Under the pieces are notes generated by a model, which saw only the letters and a list, made by a program, of their open reading frames with translations, ran no database searches and was not told where the DNA came from. Made by a program: the position numbers and the translations under genes. Below are positions 1 to 12,132 of a stretch of 50,113 nt of DNA, in pieces; the stretch's first letter is position 1, and every line of letters begins with the position of its first letter. The DNA comes from Ascoidea asiatica JCM 7603 (lineage: Eukaryota; Fungi; Ascomycota). The stretch is taken from contig BCKQ01000033.1 of the NCBI GenBank assembly GCA_001600695.1, positions 2,043 to 52,155 on the forward strand, read 5' to 3'.

Positions 1-19
1 CCAGGATTAACTTAGATTT

Positions 20-226
20 TTACTCTTTTTTAACTAAAACTTATCTAATGTTTCCTAATTGGGAATTTTCTATTCAAACACTAATTGTTTCCAAATTCAA
101 CGAGAGAACAAATTGGTTATGGATACTTTTGGAAACATTAGAGTATTCCAGTAAATCTTCAATAACTGAAAGGAGTATGCAAAGCATTCGAGCTAGCCGA
201 AGAGGGGTTTGAATTTCACTTAAATT
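20..226 (-). pseudogene. Decayed 5' fragment similar to the N-terminus of the 934-aa orphan ORF (27472-30276)
   Basis: Minus-strand frame reads NLSEIQTPLRLARMLCILLSVIEDLLEYSNVSKSIHNQFVLSLNLETISV*IENSQLGNIR*VLVKKE*. The orphan reads IERLLFILIAVLEDI...PSIHN...IETI...IENKFLNNLDYL. Manual alignment only. Confidence 0.55.
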
Positions 227-379
227 TTAACTGGAAGTATTATTAGAGATACATTATTAACTAACATGCAGCCTCAAAAACTCAGAGTAGTTGATATTCA
301 ATAGAATTTAATAAAGTCTTATGAAATCATCTAAAAGGTTATCAAAATAAACAGAAAACTTGACATAAAATCATCTCAA
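161..379. repeat. Inverted repeat, left copy (partner 49895-50113); may extend through 1-160
   Basis: Position x pairs with 50274-x with no indels. 161-312 is identical to the reverse complement of 49962-50113; five mismatches (313, 341, 359, 366, 376) lie in the inner part. Confidence 0.97.
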
Positions 380-795
380 GATTTTGTTTAAACTGATTTT
401 ACTACATTTAACTGTTATTTTAGCAAACCATTGATTTATAGATAACAATTTATGTCTATAATAAAAGGTACAATTTATAATTTTGAAAATAATGTAACAA
501 AATTCATTCTGATTTCATAATATAACAAATAAAGAAATTAAAGTAAGGAAATAAAAATAATGCAAAAAGTTTAATGATTAACAAAAAAACAACCGAAAAA
601 AATAAGATTTATATCATTTTGAAAGTCTTCTCAAGAATTCAATGAATAATAGGCTTCTATGATATGTAATTAAAAAATAATTCAATAAATTAAGAAAAAA
701 AGCAAAAGATAAATAAAAAAACACCGGAAAAAATTGAATAATAGAATTGTAAAATAGTTAAGGAAAAAAAAATACTGTTGTTATTTACAGGGATA

Positions 796-3700
796 TTATA
801 ATAATGTTCTTGGGTTAACAGGATCCATATCCAAAAAATTAGTGTTTATGGGTGTTAGATTACTCGGGCCTCGCTTCATTCCTAAATGTGAAAACTCAGG
901 TTGATGGATTTCGTTACTGATATTCGGATTCTGATACTGATGACCTCTGTAGTTGTTTTTATTTTCAGAATCCATAACCAGATTGTCAGTTATAAAGTTT
1001 TTCAAATGGTTTTTATAAGACCATCTTTGTTTGAACATAAGAATTGTAGCACGAATTCTCTTTTCTCTGATGGATTTGTCTACTTTTCTCATTAAAATAA
1101 CTCTTTCTAAAAAATCATCTAATATCAAACATTTGTTAGGCTGGAATAGTGTATAAAGCGGAATCTGAGTTAAAACCTTTTGAAATGAAATGCCTTTATG
1201 TTGTTTTTCTTTCATAAACATAACAGCTTCTTCAACAAATCTTTCAAAATCGAGTTTCTTTTTTTTGATTTCAGATACATTTATTGAACTTAAAGATTTT
1301 TCCATTTCCTTCAAACTTAACTCGAACTCATATTTTCTCCATCCAATCTCTTGACTGAACCATCTTTCCTTTAATCTAGGAATTTCATATCTACCATGAT
1401 AAATTTTGAAAGACAATACCCCATCCAATGATCTCAAAAATTTATAAAGATCATTCACTGCAATAAATCCAGTTGCTTCTTTGTCAAACTGTAACCAAAC
1501 TTCTTTGAATTTTCTAATTTCTTGTCTGGTAATTGATGCAGATGCTCCGTTTTCTTGATATACATAACTAAAATTGTCAACGATCAATGAAATGAATAAA
1601 TTTAAAAAAATAAACATTGAAACAATATTCCAACTCATAAAAAGAACTTGGGCATATACTCTACCACCACAATCAGAATATATGGAATCATTGATTGATT
1701 TACAATAAGGTTCTTCGATATAAAAATCTGACATAGTATCATTCCATCCTTCTCCAAAACTCATTTTAAATAAAAGAATTAAAGATTTAATTACAGTTCT
1801 AAAATTTTGATTAGCACTACCATTTGGCCCAATCTTTGTTAGACCAAAAAGTTGATTCATAGCAATTGCATACGTTAAAAATAAAATCATCCAAACATAA
1901 AGTAAGGATGCTAGAGATGGTATACTGGCCGAGGCAAATTTTAGAAGCTCACTTAATCTATTACTCTTTGGAATCACAAATGTAAGAATAGCTAATAAGA
2001 AAGCTTTGGTAATATTAGAATAAGGTGAAGAATCTCTATTAATGAAATAGGATATAAGGCAAAGAACGAAAGCACCAAGTGAAATAATCAATGAAAATAT
2101 GTCCCAATGATTCCTATTTTTAGAATGAATATATGCTGATGGTCCTTTTGCATATAGAATCATTAAGTTATGAAGAAGGAAAAATGAAGAAAAAGCCATA
2201 AAAAAACCATATCGAAGTTCGTCTAAAGCACTATTGGAAGGGTATGTTTCCATTACTAAAATAACAATATGTAACCCTAAAATCATATCATATATAAGGT
2301 TCCAGATCCGAAACTGTATTATATTTCTTTCTACAACCAAGTTATAACAAAATTTTTTTAATTTTCCAATACGTTCTAAATCCGGTCTCACAGAAGGTTG
2401 AACTTGCTTCAATAGTTTAGCAACCTCATACCATGATCGCTGTTCATCTGTTAAATATGCACTTCCCTTTGTTTCTGCATAATTATTAATAATGACAGAT
2501 ATAAACAAATTTAAAATTAAAACAATAGCCACAAACATATATATTATAGGAAAAATAGCATTGTATGGTTGAGCAAACTTTTCTGGTATAGTTCCCACTC
2601 CAGTGCTATCTACCATATTCTGAAACATATTAACCCACCCTTCTAAGGAAGTTATTTGAAATAAAGTTGAAAAAGAGTACCAAAAATTATCAAAAAATAG
2701 ATTAGGATTCTGATACACCCTAGGAGCCAATATGTCCCAATTATAAACAGTGGATTGATATTCATTGTAACATTCTGATTTTGAAACTGAACTATCATTA
2801 CAAACTCCAAGTCTTCCATTAAAAATATTGAGGCCCCATATAGAGAACGGAAATAGCAAATTCAAAGAAATGAAAGAAGCACCCAAAATTTTTCCTAACC
2901 CAGCAATAACAATCTTATGAAATGTATCTTGGGCAGTAAAACTTATATTTAGTAATCTCAAAGCTCTTAAGGCTTTAAAACCTTTAACAACTCGAGAAAT
3001 ATACCCGTCCCCTTTTATAGTGGTAATGAAATTGACCCACAAACTAATCAAAACGATAAAGTCAATTACATTCCACGAAGATTGCATCATACCATTAGGT
3101 GTAAAAAAAAAACCATCAGCTATGAGTTTGACTAAAAATTCAGTTGTAAAAATAACAACAAAAACAAAATCAGTCCAAAAAGCCCAATTCCAGATATTTG
3201 CATCAAAATTATTTGTTTTAGAATATATAGGCGTAACATAACAAGCAATACACACTAATGCCAAAGTTCCAAAAAAAAGTATAATGTTGAATACTCCATG
3301 CAAAATCTTATTTTCTGGCCGTCCGTTAATACGATGACCTCCCTCTGGTTTTACAAACAATTGACAAAAGTTTCTTAAAGGGCTATTAGGCTTAAAGATA
3401 TAAAGCACAGTATTAAAGCTAGGATTCTTTTTCAAATAGTCCTTTTTTTTTGCTTGCAAAATAAGGTTCTCCATTTCAATATTTTTGGCTAGTTTATCGG
3501 CATCAATTGTGTTCTCAATTTCAGTTTTGTGACCTTCAAAGAAAGGGTTTTTGAATAGATTGAATGCTTGGGGTAAGAAGCGTTCTATTAACCTTTTAAT
3601 TTTGTCCATCCATCCATTTTGGTTATAAACCTCATTATTGGTCTGTCCAGTAGGAATTTGACTTTCGTTCAAAAAATCTTTAATTGTACTTTTTTCTTTC

Positions 3701-6581
3701 ATCATTCGAAGAAACTTAGTAGTTTTCAGGGAAAGTCCCTCCGATACATCTCCGTTATTAATTCCATTTCCCTTTTTTTTAGCCCAAACATCCCATAGCT
3801 TTTTTTCATTTTTATCATTCCCAGAAAGGTTTTCATTGAGCTTTCTAATATACTGACGTGCTTGTAACTTTTTTTTTTCTTCTTTAGAAATTTCTAAATT
3901 CTCTGCTATTGCTGCAATGAAAATATTTATAACAAAACTATTAGAAAAAATAAACCAAACTATAATAATTATAGAACCTATCGCACCTACAACCCTGTTA
4001 TTTGCATATTCTTGAAATGTGTATAAGATTTCAGTCCAATTTTCAGTTGTTGTAATTACATATAAAGAAACAAAAGTATTAGGCAATGTCCTTAAAGAAA
4101 AATAGATATCATTGTCGTTTTCTTCTTCATGAGAGATAAATCCTTCAAAAAATCTAGCACAAAATAAAGAACAAAAAAATAAAATTAAGAAATAAAATAA
4201 AGTTAAATGAATCAATGTTTTGAAATTACCAATAATTTTAAACCATAGATTTCTCAATAAAGGAAAAAATATAACAACTCGATAAAACCTAGCGAGTTGC
4301 ATGATTGTTAACCAATCATATACATGCCCAAGACTATTTTTTACTGGGGAAATAATAATAATACTTGTGAAGACAGCTAAAAAAAGGTCAAATATATTTC
4401 TTTTTTTTCTAAAAAAGTTTTTGTAATAACCCCAAGCTGCGTAAACAATAAATCTTAAAAAAATTTCAATATCAAGAAATACTGTAACAGCGACTTCCAT
4501 CCAATAGATTAATATATGTATCTTTTCTGAAGAATCATTCTGACGAAGACACTGAATTATAAGATCTCCCATTATCAATCCAATCCAAACTAAATCAAAA
4601 TGCTTATAGAAGTTCCATTTCTTTTTGAAGTCGTTGGCTTTTATATTTTCACTTTCTTCTTTTTCTTCTTCTTTTGGACCATTTTCTGCTTCTAATGTTC
4701 TTGTTATTTTGAAAGAAGCTACAATGACGGCAATAAATATATTAAGTAACCAAATAGACAAAACTAGAATTGCAACTATATAAAATAGAGCAGCAGCCTT
4801 ATTATCAGAGTCCATAGTCATATACATAAGATCAGAAAATGTGTTCATTGAAATTACCACGTAAACTAGTTCAAAAGCTTGAATAAAATTATCAAAACTA
4901 ACTGTATTACCATAAGGATTTTCACCGACAACACATTTAGAATACATAGGGCATGTAAATCCTTTTACATAGGAACTTGAAGAGTTATCAGAAAGTAAAT
5001 AAGGTCTAGTGATATTGTCAGTGTCAATATAACTTCCACACCATTGCTCGGTATTTAAATAGGTGTCAGATGAATCATCAGGATTTTCCCATAGACAATT
5101 TCTTCTAAGAGAAGATTTAAAACTTTGAAGACCTGCAATTGCAAAAAGAACCCAAAAATATAAAACAAAAATTAAAACATTAAAAAGTTGAGGCAAAGCA
5201 CGATTGAAAGAAGTTATGATTATAGAAATTTCATGGGTCAAATTAACAAGTTCAAATAATTTCAAAGTTGTTAAAGCTCTGAATAAAAAAAAATCATGGG
5301 TTCTATCAAAACCACCAATTGATAAAAATAAAGAAACCCAATATGATGCAATAGCAATAAAATCTAATCTATTTATATGATCATGAAAGAAAGCCCTTTT
5401 AAACTTAAACTCTTTTACATTTTTTAAATCTTCTAAAAATGTTGTTGGATGATTTAAATTTGGTTTACCTGCAAAAGTTCCTATTGGAGCACCATTATCA
5501 CTAAATAAAGTAGGATTTTCTCTTAATTGTGCTTTATTTATCGCCACATAATTAAATTTTTTATAATAATCATAATCATCTACTAATCCAAATGCTATTA
5601 TTTTAAGAATCATTTCTATTGTATAAATTGAAAAAATAAACATTAATATATAATCAGGCCATGTAGAAGAATTTGAATAATAATAACCACTTGTTATTGG
5701 AGGGTTCCATTGTTGATAAGAAACAATAATAGCTTGTAAAATAAGTAAAATAAATAAAGCAAAATCTGTACTTCTTTTATGCTTAGTGAATAATTTTGAA
5801 GCTTTTATACGAATTTTAGATTTTGGAGAAAATATACATAAAGAATCACCATATAATAAATTTTCATTTAATTGTGGTTTTTTAGATAATCTTATATTAC
5901 TATAATCTAAATCATTATAACCGAAATTTATTCTTGATTTTTTTAACCCTGGTTTTATTCTTTCAGATTCAATGGGATTATAAAAATCTATTCTTAAATA
6001 CTCTCTTTGTTTTTTAATTTGAAAATTATTTTCTATAATTTCTGGATTCGTAATATTTCTTTTTGGAGGATTAACAGTAATTTCAGGTATTAAAAGATTT
6101 GTTTTTGTTTTATCACTTAAATGTGTTAAAGAATTTGTTCTTGAACTAATTGATTCACCAGTATGAGATTCAATATCTGAATCTAAATCAGTTTCCATTT
6201 CAGTTTCACTTGAATCATTTGATGAATTATAATCTTCATTACCATGAACAACTCTTGAAGAGATTTTTTGAACAACAGATGAAAATTTTCTTGTAAGATT
6301 AGATTTTCTTGTTGATTGTCTTGAACTTTGAATAGAATTTGTTTCTAAATCTAATGAAAATGGATTTTTTTGATTATTACTTTTAATTGGACTTAAATAT
6401 TGAGAATTTATACTTTTATTTTGATTATCATTGGAAAATGAATCTTGAGAAACTTTAATTATTGGAGAAGGTAAATTAGAACCTAAATTATTTGGAGAAT
6501 TCAAAAATTGATCATCATTTTTTAAACTTGACATTCTATTTGATGATATTGAAGAAGTATTCAAATTATTATTATTATTAA

Positions 6582-6612
<31 letters not shown>

Positions 6613-7962
6613 ATTATAAGATTGAGAAAATTGATAAGGATTTTGATTAATATTTGAAACTGAAGGAGAAACTAAAATTGAGGTTGTAGAATCTCTTGAA
6701 TTTTGTCTTGAATGATTTGAATTATAAGAAGATTTTGATTTTGATCTTGATCTTGATCTTGATTTACTTCTACTTCTACTTCTACTTCTTGATTTTGATC
6801 TTGTTCTTGAATTTGGTTTTAAAGAATTTGAATTTAATTTATCAGTTGAATTTCCAGAAGGTAACCAATGACCTAAAGGACTTTGTAAATCTAATGGATC
6901 ATCATTATTGTTATCATTTGTATTACTATTGTTATTGGTATTGTTATTGGTATTGTTATTGGTATTGTTATTGGTATTGTTATTGGTATTGAAGTTGTTA
7001 TTATTATAGCTAGTACTTTGTTCATTATAATCATTATTATTGTAATTATTATTATTATGAATAAGATTATTATTAATATTATCATTAGATGATTCAAGAA
7101 TTCCAGCAGAAGTTAAACTTGAAGCAAGAGCAGATAAATCACCATCAGCAGCACGAATTGATTTCATTGTAATTCTTTGATTTGAATTTAAATTATTATT
7201 ATTTGATAAATTATCAGTACTTAAATTATCAGTACTTAAATTGTTGTTATTATTATTATTATTATTATTATTAATTGAAGAATTTAAAGGCAGAAATAAT
7301 ATTTTTTCATCATCGTTTTCATTATTTTTATTATTTTTATTATTGTTTATATTTTTTATATTTTCATCAGTTTCATCATCATTTTCAAATTCATATTTAT
7401 TTATAAAAGAAGTAACTCTTGAATTTGGATATGGAGTTTCATCAATATCTAAATTTGAATATCTATAAGAATTTGAATTTAATGGAGTTATTGGATTATT
7501 TATATTTAATCTATTTATATCTAAATTATTATTTAAATTATTATTTAAATTATTATTTAAATTATTATTATTTAAATGATTAATAATATCATTATTATTT
7601 GAATTTGATAAAGAAGAATATTGACTTCTTCTTCTATTTGTAAAAGCATGTTTAATTGGATCAGTTATTGATTGATATGAATTTCTATTATTTTTTTTAA
7701 TTTCATCAATTGGATCATTAATTGAATTTGATTGATTATTTAATTGATTATTTAATTGATTATTTAAATTTGAAGTATTTAAAGATAATATTGGAGTAAT
7801 TTTATTTGAATTTAAATTATTTATTGAAATATTTGAATAATTATTTGATAAAGAATCAAATGGATTTTTATTTTCATTTTTATCTAAAGATTCTGAATCT
7901 GAATCTGAGTCTGAATTTGAGTTTGAGTTTGACTTTGAATTTGATTCAGAATTTCTATTCAT
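796..7962 (-). CDS. CCH1: Voltage-gated-like Ca2+ channel subunit Cch1
   Basis: 2388 aa with four 6-TM repeats. Pore loops VISMNTFSD, TTTENWTE, TSLEGWVN and SFGEGWND give the N-E-E-E filter of fungal Cch1. S4 segments such as FKALRALRLL. Long N/S-rich N-terminus. Confidence 0.96.
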
Positions 7963-8524
7963 TTTTGAATTATTATATTATTTTATATTATATTATGTTA
8001 TATTATATTATATTATATTATATTATGTTATATTAGTAAAGAATTGGGTATTATTAGAAGCATTTATCAATTAGTTATAAGAAACGAGAAGTGAGAATTG
8101 AGAATTAAGAAGTGAAGTGAAAAGAATCTAAGATAATGAAATTTATTAGTTTAATTTAATTAATGATATGAAAAAGTAAATATAATGAATGGCTTTGAAA
8201 TAATAGATAAATAGATGAATAGATGAATAGATGAATAGATAAAAAGATAAAAAGATAAATAGATTTAATAATAAATTTGAGAATATTTTCACGGTAAATA
8301 ATAAATAAAGAGGTACAGTACCGTAGAGTAGTAACTTAGTGTAAGTACTAAGCGAGTACTACGTACCTTAGAAATGTATGAGATAGTGAAAAGCAACGGT
8401 ATAAAAAGAAAGAAATATTAAACAGAGTAATATTTACAGAAGTATATAAGATAATTATATAAGATAATTATATATGGTAATTATATATGGTAATTATATA
8501 ATTTATAAAGAATATGTGATGTGA

Positions 8525-9127
8525 TTAGTAAAGAACATTGTCATATTTTATATTATCATAGATATTACCATTCATAGTTGAATTAACAATGGATTGAAAA
8601 TGAGATTTATTATTTATTAAAATATCAGCAGCAAATTTATTTAAAGGATCATTTGGATTTGGATCTTCAAATAATAAAATTAAACCATATAAAATTGAAT
8701 TTAAATTTAAAGCTGGAGACCAATCTTGTCTTAAAATATTTAAACATATATTACCATTTAAATTAATATTTGGATGAAAAATTTTATTTAAAATTTTAAT
8801 TTTTGGTGGATCAATTGGATAATTATTATTAAAAATTATATTAAATTTGAATATACCATTTTTATAAAATCCATTAATTGGTTTTAAAATTATATTAAAA
8901 TTCATTTTATTATTATTATTTGGAAATATTAAATTAATTGAATTAATTTTATTTAAATCAGATAAATCAGATAATAATCTAATTTCTGCTGGAGAAATTT
9001 TACCATTTTTTTTAGCTAAAGCTTCTTTTTTTTTTTGTAATTGTTTTTTTTTAATTCCTAACTTTAATAATATTAGTAAGATTATTTAGATTATTGATAA
9101 TATTGAAAAATTCTTATTACATACCAT
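8525..9127 (-). CDS. UBC12: NEDD8/Rub1-conjugating E2 enzyme; exon 1 9125-9127 (ATG only), intron 9062-9124, exon 2 8525-9061 (179 aa)
   Basis: UBC core FHPNINLNGNICLNILRQDWSPALNL...FEDPNPNDPLNK. ATG is followed directly by GTATGT. Branch-like TACTAAT at 9072-9078. The AAG acceptor gives in-frame M|LGIKKKQLQKKKE...AEIRL, resembling the Ubc12 N-terminus. Confidence 0.93.
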
Positions 9128-9395
9128 TTGAGTTCTTTCAATATAGAATATTTTGATTAATATATGAATTTATAATAATAAATTGATTGAGTAAGTAACT
9201 TTATTGATATTGATATTGATATTGATATTGATATTTGATCGTAAGAGTATTAATAATAGGCCTGTAAATATACCTCAGTGAACATTATCACATAATAAAT
9301 AGATAAATAAATAAATAAATAAATAAGGGTTTTATCTAAAAGGTAATAAACAGTGACAATAAGATTTAATAATAGAAGTAATAGACAAAAAAGAA

Positions 9396-9509
9396 TGTGA
9401 GCTACGAGGTTCGAACTCGTGCATCCGAAGATATCAGGAAGTTCGTTAAGAAGGACCCAAAAGGGTTTCCCACCTAAACCTGACGCCTTAACCACTCGGC
9501 CAAACTCAC
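9396..9509 (-). tRNA. tRNA-Leu(UAG) with 33-nt intron (9440-9472)
   Basis: GTGAGTT/AGCTCAC acceptor stem; A box TGGCCGAGTGG; anticodon stem TCAGG/CCTGA with TT-TAG-G; long variable arm ATCTTCGGAT; B box GTTCGAACC; T6 terminator downstream. Confidence 0.96.
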
Positions 9510-9691
9510 ACCCGGTTGTACAGACACAGGGAAGGTAACTAGTGGTATTAGTGGGGGTGGTAGTATTAGTAATAGGGGCTGTCATTAGTAATGCATTATG
9601 TAATCAGTCGTGAGACCAAATCCCTGCTACTTCTCTGACCCTTTCATTGCCACTTGGCCCCGAAGGCTGTGGACAGGTGGCCGTGTTGGGT

Positions 9692-9700
9692 GGTGGCAAA
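9692..9700 (+). promoter_or_regulatory. Rpn4 PACE-type element in the UBC12/PCL5-like divergent promoter
   Basis: Exact GGTGGCAAA in a GC-rich intergenic island upstream of a ubiquitin-like pathway gene. Confidence 0.45.
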
Positions 9701-10575
9701 AGCAGCACCAGTTTTGGGTGGTCTGCCGCAGGGGTCTGGAGCTGTGCCCTGTTTTGGGCCGGTAACTCACTGCTTGGCCTCGACAGCGACAATTCCTAAG
9801 AATCTTACTAAGAAACTTGTTAATAAACTTGTTAAGAATCTTACAGTAATTTAATAGATCTCATTTCTTTTACCTGCTTAATCTCTTTTACCGGCAAATA
9901 AAGAAACTATTAACTTTTAACTACTAATTATTAACTATTAAATCTTTAATGGTTTTAATGGCTTTAATGGCTTTAATGACTTTATTCACTTTATTCACTT
10001 TTTAAGGATGGTTTTTAATCATCCTCAAATTCTTTATTGATTTCAAAATCCTATTTATTTAAAGCCTTTGATTTCCATATTATTCATATATTTCATCATT
10101 TATTTCATCATTTATTTATCTATTAATCCATTCATTCATTCTATTCTCTTTATTATATTCATCATCACTTTGAAATATTATCCTCAAGTCAAAAAGAATA
10201 ATTCAAAAATATAATTCAGAAATATAATTAATAATATATTATTAATCGGCGAATTAATATTAATGAAATCATCTTTATTATATTATCCTTATTATCCATA
10301 TAATATATAATATAATCATTTTAAATTACTTATTTTACTCATTACTAATTATCATTTTATTTTTCATTAACACATATTACATATTACATATCAATTTCAT
10401 TTCATATCATTTTATTCTACTTCATTTCATTTCATTTCAATTCAATTCAATTCATTTCATTTCATTCGGATCATTTAATTTCACTTTAATTTCATTTCAA
10501 ATTTTATTTCTATTTCTATTTTAATATTATTTTAATATCAAATATTCTTTACAACTTTTATAAATAAGATTAAAA

Positions 10576-10590
10576 ATGTCTTACAATTAA
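10576..10590 (+). promoter_or_regulatory. Short uORF (MSYN*) upstream of the PCL5-like cyclin
   Basis: AAAA-ATG-TCT-TAC-AAT-TAA with strong yeast start context, ATG 135 nt upstream of the main ATG. Confidence 0.45.
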
Positions 10591-10710
10591 ATTTAATTAT
10601 CTTTAATCTATTACCTATTAATTATTACCTACTTAATATATTCAATCTATTCATTATTCATATCATATCATATCATATCTTATCATATCTTATCATATAT
10701 AATAATTAAT

Positions 10711-10957
10711 ATGAGTGTAAATATACCCATTAATAAATCCATTAATAAATCCACTAATCAATCCATTAATCAATCCATTAATAAATCCACTAATCAATCC
10801 ATTAATCAATCCATTAATCAATCAAATAATGATTTAATTAAAACTCCATCCTCCAATTCAAATTCAAATACAAATTCAAATACAAATTCTATATTCTCTT
10901 CTTTTAATTCAATCAATACTCAATCAACTAATGATATTATTGATTCTAAAACTATAG

Positions 10958-11004
<47 letters not shown>

Positions 11005-11711
11005 TTTAATGAAATTATTGAAAAAAATTGTTTAAATATTCAAAATATTTCAATAAATAATGAAATTTTTAAAAAAAATTTATTAGCAGATTCTTTAATT
11101 ACAACAACTGCAATTTTATTAGAAACTTTATATTCAAAAATATCTTCAACAAATAATATATCCAATACCAATAATATAAATAATATAAATAATATAAATA
11201 ATAATGAAAAAAAATTAAAAAATTTAATTGATTTAATAAATTTTATAAAAATTATTTTAAAAAGATCAAAATGTTCTCATACAACTTTACAATTATCTTT
11301 ATATTATTTAATTAAATTAAATAATATTATAAATTTACAAATTTTAAATTTAAATAATTTTATTTTAAATTTAAAAAAAAATAATTCAAATTCTTCAAAT
11401 AATGATAATTTTTTAAAAATTTCAAATTATTTAAAAAAAAATCCATTATTATGTAAAAAAAAAACATTTTTAATTTGTTTAATTTTATCAAATAAATTTA
11501 TTCAAGATAAAAATTATAATTTAAAATCTTGGTCTTTTATTTCTGGTATTAAAGATTTAAATTATTTAAAAAAAATTGAAATTTTAATATTTAAAAATTT
11601 AAATTTTAATTTATTTATAAAAAATTTAAATTTTTTAAATTGGTCAAAAATTTTAATTTTTTTTAATTCTTTAATTTTATCAACTAATTTTAATTCAAAT
11701 TTATTAAATTT

Positions 11712-11743
<32 letters not shown>

Positions 11744-12132
11744 CCACCAGCAAAGATAATTTAAATATAAATATAATTGCGACAAAACTTGAAGCCATAA
11801 AGGCTCGTTGGGCGCTAATTATAAAAAATTTAAATCCAGATGATAATTATAATTTATTTACAAATTTTGATTATTTTTATATTTTATTAAAAGATCAAAA
11901 TGATTTAAAAGAAAAAAAAATGGAAGAAAATTTAATTAAATTAAAAAATATTAATTTAAATAATAAATCTATTTTACCTTTAACAATTAATAATTTAAAT
12001 GTTTTTAATAATCTTAATAATATTAATGATCATATTAATATAAATAAAAAAAGAAAATTTTCAAATCTTAATAAAGATATCAAAACTATTGCAAGTAGTA
12101 AAGATATAAATAAAAAACTAAAAATTAAATAA
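10711..12132 (+). CDS. PCL5: Pho85 cyclin (Pcl family), most like Pcl5
   Basis: Cyclin box FIKIILKRSKCSHTTLQLSLYYLIKL...LLCKKKTFLICLILSNKFIQDKNYNLKSWSFISG...LNFNLFI. Orthology assigned by motif recall. Confidence 0.75.

Noticed and set aside
161-379. Terminal repeats as LTRs or transposon TIRs of a 50-kb element
   Set aside because: No TG...CA ends, primer-binding site or transposase seen; outer boundaries are not in the window; the interior is ordinary housekeeping genes.
901-8036. Short + strand ORFs inside CCH1, and similar antisense ORFs within PCL5, ZRT3, SWI1, the orphans, ADE6 and SLC26
   Set aside because: Shadow frames of real genes, mostly antisense to trinucleotide repeats.
9250-9854. 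ORFs of 111, 62 and 66 aa
   Set aside because: They overlap the tRNA-Leu gene or the GC-rich promoter island, where stop codons are scarce; no protein motif.
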